Shown: positions 9,501-18,629, numbered from the stretch's first letter. The stretch: 64,000 nt of DNA from Alphaproteobacteria bacterium (GCA_965243135.1 OZ251539.1:224001-288000), one strand, 5' to 3'. The notes: a model not told the origin generated them from the sequence alone. Made by a program: numbers and translations.

Positions 9501-10635
9501 GCCGCAGCAGCCGGGGCAGCAGCAGCCGGGGCAGCAGCAGCCGGGGCAGCAGCCGGGGCAGCAGCCGGGGCAGCAGCCGGGGCAGCAGCCGGGGCCGCAG
9601 CCGGGGCCGCAGCCGGGGCCGCAGCCGGGGCAGCAACCGGGGCAGCAGCAGCCGGGGCAGCAGCCGGGGCAGCAGCCGGGGATGCCGAAGGAGAGGCTGG
9701 CGGGGGTGCGCTTCGATTGCGAGATGACAGAGGCAACAAAGGCCAAGTGTCGTCTTTACGAAGCGCTGCCGTCGGCGCTTCTGGCGATGAACGGGTTGCC
9801 GACCTACGGGGAGCGGATGGCGGCGGCGCGGGACAGCAACGGCGGCTGGGCGCGGATCGACGGCGCGGACGGCGAGTGGAAGGCGAAGAGTTCGACGCCT
9901 TCGACGCCGCCGAACGCGGCTTTCGACTACCGCCGGTACGGCGTGCAGGCGGGGGTGGACTTCGCGGTGGGCGGCGACGGGCGGTTCGGCGTGTCGGTGC
10001 GCGGGCTGCAGGGGTCGGCGGAGATAGCGGCGACGGGCGGCGAGATCGAGCTGTCGGGTGTCGGCGCGGGCGCGCACGGCACGGCGTTCTTCGGCGGCGG
10101 CTTCCACGTGGACGTGCAGGCGATGGCGACCTGGTACGATGTCGATCTGTCCTCCGGCCGTATGTCGCTGAAGGAGGGCATGAAGGGTCTGGGCCTGGCT
10201 TTCGGTGTGGAGGCCGGGCGGCGGATGCCCGTGGGCGGGGGAGTGGTCGTGACGCCCGGCGTCGGCCTGTCCTGGTCCGGGGTGGACCTGTCCTGGTCCG
10301 GGGTGGACCTGAGCTTCGCGAGAGGCATGGAGCGCGTGTCGGTGGAGGACGCTCGGAGCCTCGTGGGCCGCGCCGGGCTGCGCGTGGAGATGGAGGCCGG
10401 GCTGTTCGGTTCGTTGGAGGCCACGCACGAGTTCTCGGACAAGAGGTCGACCCGGATCTTGGACGTGTCGCTGCGCACGACCGAGGCCCAGAAGACCGGC
10501 GTTCGCGTCGGGCTGGGCGGCGCGCGTAGCTGGGATGACGGCAAGTACGCGCTGCGGGGCTCGGCCGGATACGCCGCCCGCGGCAGCGGCAACGGCGAAT
10601 TCCACGGCGGGGTCAACCTCGCGATGCGCTTCTGA
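6550..10635 (+). CDS. Large autotransporter (beta-helix-like passenger, Q/P linker, barrel); start uncertain (6550 or 6610)
   Basis: Signal peptide LAFLASFLLAPGDARG, repeated GI.V/G.I..T units, C-terminal barrel ending LAMRF. Confidence 0.9.
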   Translation: MITLSKSGSRENKSFNSRIGMTAMALAFLASFLLAPGDARGCANSGTVSSSQDFTCNNAAYPTSIRRVVDSNASLTIRVPGGTGTGGTATVITGEAHWPGIDIDASDNSQTGNYAIHVGTTGAVNIVDDTGSGNASRGIRILQDGSGTATVDVGMQVTIGTSSSRMRQHGIYVRSSGSGGAVTVTNAGTIYASYEGLDVKHDGPGTTTVTHSGAVDSLNHGIWVRADGTGPLIVTSSGNVAVTNANQQGIRMEAGNNGAAMTLTATGGTVTAPAQGIYMESRGTGAVTIQGTAASAPTQSGPTITSSASHGIHVHKSGSSATAGNISITTTGGSITPAGTGSFYGIYVQDHAGYSGSVAIDNAADITASQEAIRVERLGSGAVSVTNSGGTVSSSAQSGILAQNAANDASTVSVSIMGGTVQTTGPGVQAINARNQGTGDVGVAIAAGATVISRNHAGILAGLGSYAGSPRMTIEQNGAILGRKGVYAQVVHHSTDDPVVPRQPADQPVIDIAWTGTFAAGTTAQTAPDDNGRFSVTSAVNVPVFARSAVVGEASGGLYDGAAGIEAQVMSSFTVAAQVAEGDDPGAFANNAAQLTAVPTTATASNNDYVAQFRAAFGNEQLAIAPAVFTAIGTTATTSAADLTDAQIVTYLRGDNNAVRDLLRNLLRRTLSDKEKAVLAALATGDGDGLTAALDDTEAGFSNAYKTAVRALLNRYHVGNIDVAMTGGSIDSRGDGIRAYYATPNANNGAISVTVADGASVTGARAGIHVANAGAMGTGAERILKQTVEVNGTVTGGTDAAVRLVGGGTLTVGRTGVLIAGSSGRAIWASGRAVIRIDNEVRGGRGGGAEAVPAVHLTGANSRLTVGPAGRIVRADGAELAIRRDGAGTRLIAIQDPALALADGRFTQASVDDAIVRLGGTVGGGGTGNIEVAAGEPDNPNLPSGVVLTLPDGEIALEPGSGYSELPVDRSQPEPQQPEPQQPEPQQPGQQQPGQQQPGQQPGQQPGQQPGQQPGPQPGPQPGPQPGQQPGQQQPGQQPGQQPGMPKERLAGVRFDCEMTEATKAKCRLYEALPSALLAMNGLPTYGERMAAARDSNGGWARIDGADGEWKAKSSTPSTPPNAAFDYRRYGVQAGVDFAVGGDGRFGVSVRGLQGSAEIAATGGEIELSGVGAGAHGTAFFGGGFHVDVQAMATWYDVDLSSGRMSLKEGMKGLGLAFGVEAGRRMPVGGGVVVTPGVGLSWSGVDLSWSGVDLSFARGMERVSVEDARSLVGRAGLRVEMEAGLFGSLEATHEFSDKRSTRILDVSLRTTEAQKTGVRVGLGGARSWDDGKYALRGSAGYAARGSGNGEFHGGVNLAMRF
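9463..9680 (+). repeat. In-frame QPEPQ / QQPG / PQPG tandem repeats (12- and 15-bp units)
   Basis: Direct reading of cagccggggcag units. Confidence 0.95.
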
Positions 10636-10875
10636 AACCCCGGCGGCGGGCCGGCAACGAACGCCGGCCGCCTCCCCCGGACGGACGGCCCGCTCCCCGG
10701 CCGCCGCGAAAGGCGCAGCTCCGCGACGGAACGGAAACCTTCCGTGGTTCCGTCCGCCGCCTTACGAGCCTCCGACGGCGGAAACCGGTGCGACGGCGCC
10801 TGCGACACGCTGCCAGGCGGCGGACGGTATCGCGAAACTCCCGGTCCGCGGAACCGACGATTTCGGGCTCCCCCG
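10575..10875 (+). repeat. Autotransporter 3' end plus about 240-bp downstream module, copy 1
   Basis: Similar to 18002-18310 and 51760-52052. Confidence 0.85.
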
Positions 10876-11197
10876 TTGAGGCCCGCGTGGAGCGCGCCTC
10901 TCAAGCGGGTTCGAACGCCGTTCATCGGCCGGCACGGCGATTCATGGCGGTGCGAGCGGCGGAATTCCAGAGTTGTCGGGCTGGCGGGTAGTGGGCAGTT
11001 GCTCGCCCGCCCGGATGCTTGAACCCGCAGCGGGCAAGCCGTAGTTTCCGGCGCATCGGCCGCAGTTCGGGGGCCCTGAGCCGGGAATTCGACAGTGAAC
11101 GACAAACAGAAGATCGATCGCGCTTCCCTACGAAGCGCCAGAGAGGAGTTTCCTCTTCGAGAACGGCGAATCGAGAGAAGATCCCGACCGGGAAATC

Positions 11198-11800
11198 ATG
11201 AAAGCGGACGGCCGCAAGCGCGTTCTCGCCATCGGTTCGAATCGTTCACCCAGGCAACTGGCTCGCAAATTCGAACATGAACCCGCAATCGCGGCGGTCG
11301 CCGCGACATTGCATGACTTTGACGTCGTCTACGCAGCCAGGATCGCAAGCTACGGCGCGGCGACGCTCGTCCGTCAACCGGGCGCGATAGTGCGCACCGC
11401 CGTATTGTACCTTACCAAGAAGCAACTGCAATGCATGCACAAGAGCGAAGGCGTTGATAAGAAAAAAGGCGCCTGCCGCTTCAAGCGCTACCGAAAAATC
11501 AACCTCCGTCTCGACCGTCTCGATACCGAGCAACAAATCGACGAAATCGATACCTACGTTGCGAATGTCGGCCCGGCGTCCATGAACGGTGCGCCGATCG
11601 CGTTGAGGGAGGTTAAGGCCATCAAACGCAATTTGATTGTCCCAGCGCGAAATGCAGTGCGCGCTTCGCGACAGGGTCGCCCCGCAAGTCGACCTGAACG
11701 AATTCGTGCTCGGCAGCATTGGCGAGGACAACCGAGAAAGCCGTGACAGGCGAAAAAATTCCTCAAAAACCTGGTGCGATCTCCATAGAGAAGAACGCGT
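11198..11800 (+). pseudogene. Gamma-glutamylcyclotransferase-like protein, probably frameshifted near 11640
   Basis: VLAIGSNRSP.QLARKF N-terminal motif; coding-like continuation SQREMQCALRD in another frame. Confidence 0.5.
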
Positions 11801-12299
11801 CAGATCCTTCCCGCCCAAAGGACTTTGTCGAGATTTGACGCCGTTGTCGCCGACCTTCGGAACGACGAACTGGAACGCGATGCAAACGGTGACGTCGAGC
11901 GGCGGCGCGGACGACGGGCTGGCGAACGTGAACGTTGCGGCGACGACGATCCGTCGGCGTTGACGCTTCATTGCCGAGAGCAGTGCGGGCAACGCAGCGG
12001 CAGCAAGGCTCCCGCATGCGGAGGGCGAACGGGATCTGATTCAGCTGCGCCGCGGCGATTTCGACGACTTGTTGCCGCGCCGCAGGAAATTTCCGCTTGT
12101 AGCGAACACGGCCGCTGATCAAGAGAGTCCGGGTCGCGCCTGGAAGACGTGCGCCGGCCGATCCCGCAGGCGATTCGGTCAGGAGCGCTGGCCCGCCCCC
12201 GTTCACTCGGAGCAATACGCGCCCAAGGCGTGGCCGACGCGTTCGAACCGCGCTTCTCCGCCGATGTCCGCGACGCCCTCGTCTTGACAATTGAAACGC

Positions 12300-13948
12300 C
12301 AGAAATTCCCGCTAAGGTGGCCGCCCTTTGCGAAAGGCGCGTCGAGATAGCGTCGTTACCGAGGGACCAGCCGCCGCGACGCACCTTCCCCGCTTCGGCT
12401 TGGTGCCGACTTAGCCTTGACCATCCTGTTTCCCCTGAAAAACTTGCTTTAGCACATTCGGTCACGGTGCCAGGTCAGGAGGTGTCGTAGGGAATTCCCT
12501 CTGCTTTCCGGTATCCAAACGCGATCATTCGGTAGAGTGTTTCCCAGTCCTTCAAGAAGTATTCGAGAAACAATCCCCGCGCCTTTTCCCAGAAGTAAAT
12601 GGGCCGCTTGGCCTTCGTTTGCGCCTGTTGGAACAGTTTGCAACATCGCTGTTGAATCTGGTCAATCAGGAACGCCAGCATCATCAGGAACGCAAAGACC
12701 GTCGACAGATTCTTGTTACCGTGACCGAAGTTGTGCTCAAAGCAGTAGCCTTGGTTCTTCAGGGTGTTGAAAGTTTCGTTCTCGATCTTCCAGCGCGCCC
12801 GCCCGGTGCGCATCAACTCCATCAGGTTCCCTTCGTCAATTGGCAGATCCGTGACCCAGGAGAAACGTTGTTTCTTGCCGTTTGGGAGCTTCTCCCAGTA
12901 TTCGAGAAAGTTCACTTTGAGGTCGAAGTGCGTATCGTTCAGAGGCACTCCGTTAAGATACCGGAATTCGTGCCGTATGTTGTCACCGTCCGTGAACTCC
13001 CGGCGCTCCACGGACGGCGCGTTGTTGACCCACTCGAACAGGAACTTGTGGTCGCCGGGCTTCGCCCCCAGTATGAAACGCATGTCTAACTCCTTGAGAA
13101 GATTGGCATGCGGTCCGTTCGAGGCCAGCCCATCTTCCAACACAACCAGCTTCAGGTGCGGGTGTTCGCGACGCACATCTTTCAGAAGCCGTTTCGCTGC
13201 GTTGCGTTCGCAATCGTTCTTTTTTGCGCCGTCTTCCTTCAGGATCGGTTCCGGTGCAAACGGAAAAACCTCCTTTTGTTCCGGATGCACCAGAACGGCT
13301 CCCAACATCTGGTGGTAGTAGGTAATCGTACCGTCGCGGTGGTGTTTCTCGCAGCAATTTTTACAGTGCACCTTGTCCGACGAGAAGTATCCCGTTCCAT
13401 CGATCGAAAGAGCGTAATGCCCGTTCAGACAAGTGTATTCTTCCAATCCCTTGCCTCGTTGCAAAACCTGGAACATCTTCGTGAAACAACGCCGCAATTG
13501 CCGCGGACAGACTTCGTCAAGCCGTTCGCGCATCGCAGTGTCCGACGGCACGCGCTTGACGCCGTATAAGGTCGCGAGGTTGTGCCGAACCACTTCGTCG
13601 GCGTGCGCGGCCTCGTCGAATTGCAGAAGCGACGCATACTTCATACCGAACACCGCTAGACCCGACATCAGACAGTCCGTCTGGTTCAGCCCCCTGCTCG
13701 CGATCGGATCTTCGATACGGTCGAAACAAGCTCGCACTTCCTTCAGCAATCCCGGAGCGCTGAGCGTCTTGCGCATGCCTGGCATTCTGGCCATTTTGGT
13801 TACAATCCCGCCTCGCCTTCGGACCACTTTCCAGAGAAAAATGCTCCGCTCGAAGGCAAATAGCCCCGAATCACCTCGAAAAGTCCACGAAAGACTTTTT
13901 TCCGGCCCCATATTTTTCAAGGGTTTCGAGCCTTAGCGGGAATTGCTG
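12300..13948 (-). mobile_element. Complete 1649-bp insertion sequence (DDE, ISNCY/IS4-like)
   Basis: TIRs cagaaattcccgctaagg / ccttagcgggaattgctg; 9-bp target duplication TTGAAACGC at 12291-12299 and 13949-13957; lower GC. Confidence 0.95.
12475..13794 (-). CDS. DDE transposase
   Basis: SIDGTG, VLEDGL and GRARWKIENETFNTLK motifs; uninterrupted ORF. Confidence 0.93.
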   Translation of the reverse strand: MARMPGMRKTLSAPGLLKEVRACFDRIEDPIASRGLNQTDCLMSGLAVFGMKYASLLQFDEAAHADEVVRHNLATLYGVKRVPSDTAMRERLDEVCPRQLRRCFTKMFQVLQRGKGLEEYTCLNGHYALSIDGTGYFSSDKVHCKNCCEKHHRDGTITYYHQMLGAVLVHPEQKEVFPFAPEPILKEDGAKKNDCERNAAKRLLKDVRREHPHLKLVVLEDGLASNGPHANLLKELDMRFILGAKPGDHKFLFEWVNNAPSVERREFTDGDNIRHEFRYLNGVPLNDTHFDLKVNFLEYWEKLPNGKKQRFSWVTDLPIDEGNLMELMRTGRARWKIENETFNTLKNQGYCFEHNFGHGNKNLSTVFAFLMMLAFLIDQIQQRCCKLFQQAQTKAKRPIYFWEKARGLFLEYFLKDWETLYRMIAFGYRKAEGIPYDTS

Positions 13949-14084
13949 TTGAAACGCCAGCCCCATGCCGCGGCCCGGGCGTACGGAGCGGCGATATCCA
14001 GTTTGGCATCGGCCCGAGCGCCCGCCGAACACCTGTGCAGGAAGTCGCGGCGTTGCACCGCGATGCCCTCCGCGCAGGCAGCGC

Positions 14085-14400
14085 CGTTTCCGCATTTCAA
14101 ACCCGTTTCGGAGGCGATGCGCGCCACGTTGAAACAGCAAGGCATTCGCGTGGGTCTCCCCTTCCCTGCCGCTCAAAGCTGTCGAGCACGAGTGCGGTAC
14201 AGTTGCGTCATCGTGGGTGGCATACCAGCGGGAGCGCTACGGCTACGGGTAGCAATGCCCACGGGATGACCGCTGCGGTCGTCCGACCGCCTCCCCCCGC
14301 AACTGCCCGCCCGCGTTCAGGCCACGGCCCGGCTCGCCCCGGGTTGCGGTGCCGCGGCGACCGGATATTCGTTTTTTGCTCTGATGTCTGAGCGTCCGCG
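14085..14400 (+). repeat. Degenerate duplicate of sequence upstream of autotransporter 1 (5853-5955 and 6228-6325)
   Basis: Shared blocks gtttccgcatttcaaa.ccgtttcggaggc.atg.gcgccacgttgaaacagc and cgttcaggccacggcccggctcgccccgggtt. Confidence 0.8.
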
Positions 14401-14479
14401 AGGCCCTTGCGGGTTGCCGGCGGGGGAACGGAGCGGTTCGCAGCGCGCCGACCCTGTTCCACTTCCTGCAGCCGGGTCC

Positions 14480-14809
14480 AATGTCCGCCGAGCGCAGCGT
14501 CCCGAGCCGCACTCCGGCGCTTCGGCGACGGCAACCGCGCTCTCGGAGACGCCGGCCGCTTCCGTGCGGCGGCGGCCGCGAAACAGCCCGAACGCTGGCC
14601 GAAGACGAGGGCCTCCGGCAGCGCGTTTCCGGAAAGCCGGTTGGCGCCGTTGACGCCGCCGACCGCCTCGCCCGCCGCGAAGAGCCCCGACACGCAGACC
14701 TCCATCTCTTGTCGGCGAGGAGCGCGCGGGCGCCGTTCCGCGCCGCCGAGGCGTACATGCCCGCGCCTATGACAAGGACATCGGTTTCGAGTCTTGCCGT
14801 TTCTTTCAT
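14480..14809 (-). pseudogene. Internally deleted FAD-dependent oxidoreductase (SdhA/NadB-like) relic
   Basis: ETDVLVIGAG N-terminus joined almost directly to GLFAAGEAVGGVNGANRLSGNALPEALVFG. Confidence 0.75.
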
Positions 14810-14850
14810 GCTTCCATTGTCCCCGACCGTAAACCCGTCGCGGCGCCGCG

Positions 14851-14997
14851 CGGACGGCGCCTCGTCCTGAATTCCGGCTTGCGCGAGCGCACGAGAGTCT
14901 TCCGGCGAGAGCCGCCGCAGCGGACGGCGCCTCGTCCTGAATTCCGGCTTGCGCGAGCGCACGAGAGTCTTCCGGCGAGAGCCGCCGCAGCGGACGG
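14851..14997. repeat. Exact 70-bp tandem duplication
   Basis: 14851-14920 equals 14921-14990. Confidence 0.9.
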
Positions 14998-15219
14998 GCG
15001 GCCGTCGGCGAAGCGCGCGACGGCGCGAGCGGTTCCGCCGGAGAAGGGGTCGACATGACCGTAACGATACGTTATATCATTACGAATAGTTGCCAATCTC
15101 ACGGAAGGACCACCGAGGAAGCCGGGAACCTTGGCGACCGTCGCTGCGGCAGCCCTCCATTCGCCTGCCATGGCGCAGGACTCCTTCGAGGAGCGCCTCG
15201 CGGAGCGGTGCCATGATTC

Positions 15220-15247
15220 TTGACGTCGCCGGCCGGCGCGGTACACT
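15220..15247 (+). promoter_or_regulatory. Sigma70-like promoter for the lipoprotein gene
   Basis: TTGACG, 16 nt, TACACT, ending 10 bp before the tandem array. Confidence 0.55.
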
Positions 15248-15257
15248 GACGTGGAAT

Positions 15258-15682
15258 TCTTCACGGGGCCTCTTCACGGGGCCTCTTCACGGGGCCTCTT
15301 CACGGGGCCTCTTCACGGGGCCTCTTCACGGGGCCTCTTCACGGGGCCTCTTCACGGGGCCTCTTCACGGGGCCTCTTCACGGGGCCTCTTCACGGGGCC
15401 TCTTCACGGGGCCTCTTCACGGGGCCTCTTCACGGGGCCTCTTCACGGGGCCTCTTCACGGGGCCTCTTCACGGGGCCTCTTCACGGGGCCTCTTCACGG
15501 GGCCTCTTCACGGGGCCTCTTCACGGGGCCTCTTCACGGGGCCTCTTCACGGGGCCTCTTCACGGGGCCTCTTCACGGGGCCTCTTCACGGGGCCTCTTC
15601 ACGGGGCCTCTTCACGGGGCCTCTTCACGGGGCCTCTTCACGGGGCCTCTTCACGGGGCCTCTTCACGGGGCCTCTTCACGG
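15258..15682. repeat. Perfect 13-bp tandem array (TCTTCACGGGGCC) x 32.7
   Basis: Direct count; no spacers. Confidence 0.97.
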
Positions 15683-15700
15683 ATCAAGAGGACCCGTTCG

Positions 15701-17911
15701 ATGACGATGTACAAGCTATGTCTGGCGCTGGTCTGCGGCGCTGCGCTGGCGCTGGGCGCCTGCACCGAAACCAAGACGGTGCGCGTCCCCGACCCGGAGG
15801 CACTCGCGGCCGAGCGGCAGAAGACGGCCGCGGCCGAGGCCGCGTTGAGCGCTCTCCGCGCCTCGCTGGCCGAGGCTCAGGCGGCGTTGGGGGCGACCAC
15901 CGATCCCGGGCAGCGCGAGGCGGCCGGCGCCGTGGTGGAAGAAGCCCGGCAAAATCTGGAGGTTTTTCGCGAACGTCTGGCGGCGCAGCCCGACAGCGGC
16001 GCGAAGACGGCGGCCTCAACGGCGCTGACGGCAGTCGATACCGCGCTGGAGACGGTCGCCGACGTGCTGACGGCGGCCGACGCGGCGCTTCCCTCCGGGG
16101 GGCCTGTGGCGCTGGCGAGCATGCACACGACGCTGGACCGGGCGCAGGCCGCGCTGGACGACGCGCAGACGAAGCTGACGGCGGCGCTGGATGCGAACCC
16201 CACTCCGGAGATCCGGACCTTGCTGCTGCAGGCCCAGGTCACGCTGTCCACGGCCCAGATTTCCCTGGTGCCGCCGCTCCGTCAGGAACTGGCGCAGGCC
16301 GAGAGCGCCGCCGCGAAGCACGAGCGCGACGCCGCGGAGCAACGGGCCAGGGCCGACGCGTACGACCCGCGCGTATCCCTGGCCGTTGCGCTCGAACCGC
16401 GGGAGCCGCGGTTCGTGCCCAGAGGCGAGGCGGACATCGCGCGCACGCCGCGCACCGACACCGGAGAGACAGGCTGGACGAAACTCGCCATCGCGACGGA
16501 CGGCGTCGCCTGGGCTGCGGGCAAACGGGTCGGGGCCGCGAGCGGCGGCCTCGCCGCGACGGACGAACTGCCGCTGCGCGCGGTGACGCTGCGCGCCGTG
16601 GGAAGGCATCCCGTCCGGATCCAGGGCGACGACGGCACGCCGACGTCCTATTCCAACACCGACGGCGTGGTGACGAGTTCGCTCCAGCTGTCCGCCGACA
16701 GCGCGACGCTGAAATTCGGCGGCGAAGGCTTGGTCTATTACGACATGCAGAGAACCTTCGACTACTTCAATGACGCCGACGGCACGCCCGACCACAACTC
16801 TTGGTGGAGGTACGGCCCGGACGGGAAGCTGGGCGACGCGAGCGCGGCGCAGGGCGACGCGATAACCGCCTCCCACGCCAGAGACCTGGGCCTGGAGGCG
16901 GCGACCGGGACGCTGACGGCGGATCAGGCGACCGCGCTCCAGGGCTACGAGATGGACAACGCCGGCGCCTGCTGGAGAGATCCTCTCTCCGATTGCGGCG
17001 ACTGGGCCCACGACGACCTGACGATCGCCTTCGGCCAACCGTCGCAGTCGCCCCACGGCGATCCGTCGTATTATTGGAAGGTGCGGGCTCCGTTCACCCA
17101 AGCGCAGCACGATACGGGCCTTCCGCCGAACCACGTCGAGGGGTCTGGCGACGGCCGGTCGCAGGACCTCGGAACCTACGAGCTGTGGCTGTCGAACTAT
17201 GGCGGCCTCGACGACGTCGGCGACGACGCGCACCGCTACCTCGAATACGCGGCCTACGGCCTGTTCACGTTCTTCGACAACGTCGTGCAAACGCCGAACT
17301 TCCTCCGCCCGCATGCATTCGCCTTCGGCTACGACGCCTTCAGGGACGCGGACGGCATGAGGACGACGGACGTCGCGACGTCGATCGCCGCCACGTTCAA
17401 GGGCCGCACCATGGCGCGCGCGCTGATCAATGGCGGGAGCGAAACCCACGTCACCCTGAGCGGGGCGACGCCGCTCAGGGGCGACGTCACGCTCAACGCC
17501 TGCATCGGCGGCAGCGGCTGCACCGGCGACGGCATTCCCGCCGACTCCAACAAGATCAGCGGCATGATCTCCGGCCTCGAGGAACTCCGCCACGACGGGG
17601 TGTGGATTCCGTACCGCCCTGCCGCCGGAGGCATCCCGATGGCGGAGGGCGAGATCGCCGCCGACGGCAGCTTCGGGGGCAAGCTCGATCATCCGCGAAT
17701 CGCTGATGGCACCCTGAATACATGGGACTTCGACGCCGACATCCGGCCGGGTCAGTACTCTGCTTCCAAATACGGCGGCAATCTCTACGGTCCCAGGAAC
17801 GGCTTGGAAGCCGCGGGCTGGTGGCACATGCAGAGCGACCACCGGGGTCGCGCGCTCCGCAGTTCGCTCATAGGCAGTTTCGGCGCCAGGTGCACGGAGG
17901 GATGCGATTAG
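15701..17911 (+). CDS. Surface lipoprotein with Ala-rich helical stalk and TbpB-like C-terminal barrel
   Basis: RBS AAGAGG at 15686-15691, lipobox LGAC, C-terminal YGGNLYGP...EAAG...GSFGA. Confidence 0.8.
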   Translation: MTMYKLCLALVCGAALALGACTETKTVRVPDPEALAAERQKTAAAEAALSALRASLAEAQAALGATTDPGQREAAGAVVEEARQNLEVFRERLAAQPDSGAKTAASTALTAVDTALETVADVLTAADAALPSGGPVALASMHTTLDRAQAALDDAQTKLTAALDANPTPEIRTLLLQAQVTLSTAQISLVPPLRQELAQAESAAAKHERDAAEQRARADAYDPRVSLAVALEPREPRFVPRGEADIARTPRTDTGETGWTKLAIATDGVAWAAGKRVGAASGGLAATDELPLRAVTLRAVGRHPVRIQGDDGTPTSYSNTDGVVTSSLQLSADSATLKFGGEGLVYYDMQRTFDYFNDADGTPDHNSWWRYGPDGKLGDASAAQGDAITASHARDLGLEAATGTLTADQATALQGYEMDNAGACWRDPLSDCGDWAHDDLTIAFGQPSQSPHGDPSYYWKVRAPFTQAQHDTGLPPNHVEGSGDGRSQDLGTYELWLSNYGGLDDVGDDAHRYLEYAAYGLFTFFDNVVQTPNFLRPHAFAFGYDAFRDADGMRTTDVATSIAATFKGRTMARALINGGSETHVTLSGATPLRGDVTLNACIGGSGCTGDGIPADSNKISGMISGLEELRHDGVWIPYRPAAGGIPMAEGEIAADGSFGGKLDHPRIADGTLNTWDFDADIRPGQYSASKYGGNLYGPRNGLEAAGWWHMQSDHRGRALRSSLIGSFGARCTEGCD

Positions 17912-18001
17912 CGCGGAATGAGCATGGCGAGTTCGCAAGGCCGAACCGTCAAGCGCGACCTCCACGCCGCCGCTCCCAACTGCATCACGACCCGGAACGC
18001 C

Positions 18002-18310
18002 GCCCGCGGCAGCGGCAACGGCGAGTTCGACAGCGGGATCAGCTTCGCGATGCGCTTCTGAAACCCCGGCGGCGGGCCGGCAACGAACGCCGGCCCGCCG
18101 CCTTCCCCGGACGGACGACCCGCCGCCGGCCCCAGCGAAAGGCGCGGCTCCGCGACGGAACGGGAACCTTCGGCGCCGTGGTTCCGTCCGTCTCGAAAGC
18201 TTCACGAGCCTCCGGCAGCGGAAACCGGTGCGACGGCGCTGCGACACGCTGCCAGGCGCCGGACGGCATCGCGAAACTCCCGGTCGGCGGAGCCGACGAT
18301 TTCAAGCTCC
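18002..18310 (+). repeat. Orphan autotransporter C-terminus plus downstream module, copy 2
   Basis: Encodes ARGSGNGEFDSGISFAMRF-stop, against ARGSGNGEFHGGVNLAMRF-stop in autotransporter 1. Confidence 0.85.
18068..18102 (+). terminator. 14-bp GC stem-loop (imperfect versions after both autotransporters)
   Basis: ggcggcgggccggc-aacgaac-gccggcccgccgcc; weak U-tail. Confidence 0.5.
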
Positions 18311-18629
18311 CTGTCGAGATCCGCTTCGCGCGGCGCGATCGTTCCAGGCTGCGCGAGTCCGCCGTCTGGCGCGCGCAGGCAGTCCCTCATACCGGTGCCT
18401 GAGGCGGCGGCGAAGAAACCGCTGCCGCGCCCGAGCTTCTCAGCCGGTTTCCGCCTTCAAGCGCCGTTTCGCCTGCGCCGACGCGCGCCGCGATTTCAAG
18501 AAGGTGGGAAGCGGTCACGACGATTCGTTCGGCGCCCCGCGGCGCTAAGGACCCCGGCTCGCAGACCGCCGTTTGCGACGCGGCGACCGTCACTCGTTTT
18601 CGGCCTTCGGCCCGCCACTCTTCCGCCGT

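Noticed and set aside
8769-9746. Cys-rich metallothionein/keratin-like protein (CCPG repeats)
   Set aside because: Antisense translation of the autotransporter QQPG linker
15258-15682. CRISPR array
   Set aside because: Units are 13 bp and contiguous with no spacers; no cas genes
15251-15700. N-terminal HGASSRGLFTGPL repeat extension of the lipoprotein (886-aa ORF)
   Set aside because: The RBS and lipoprotein signal peptide begin at 15701; the extension is probably read-through of a stop-free array
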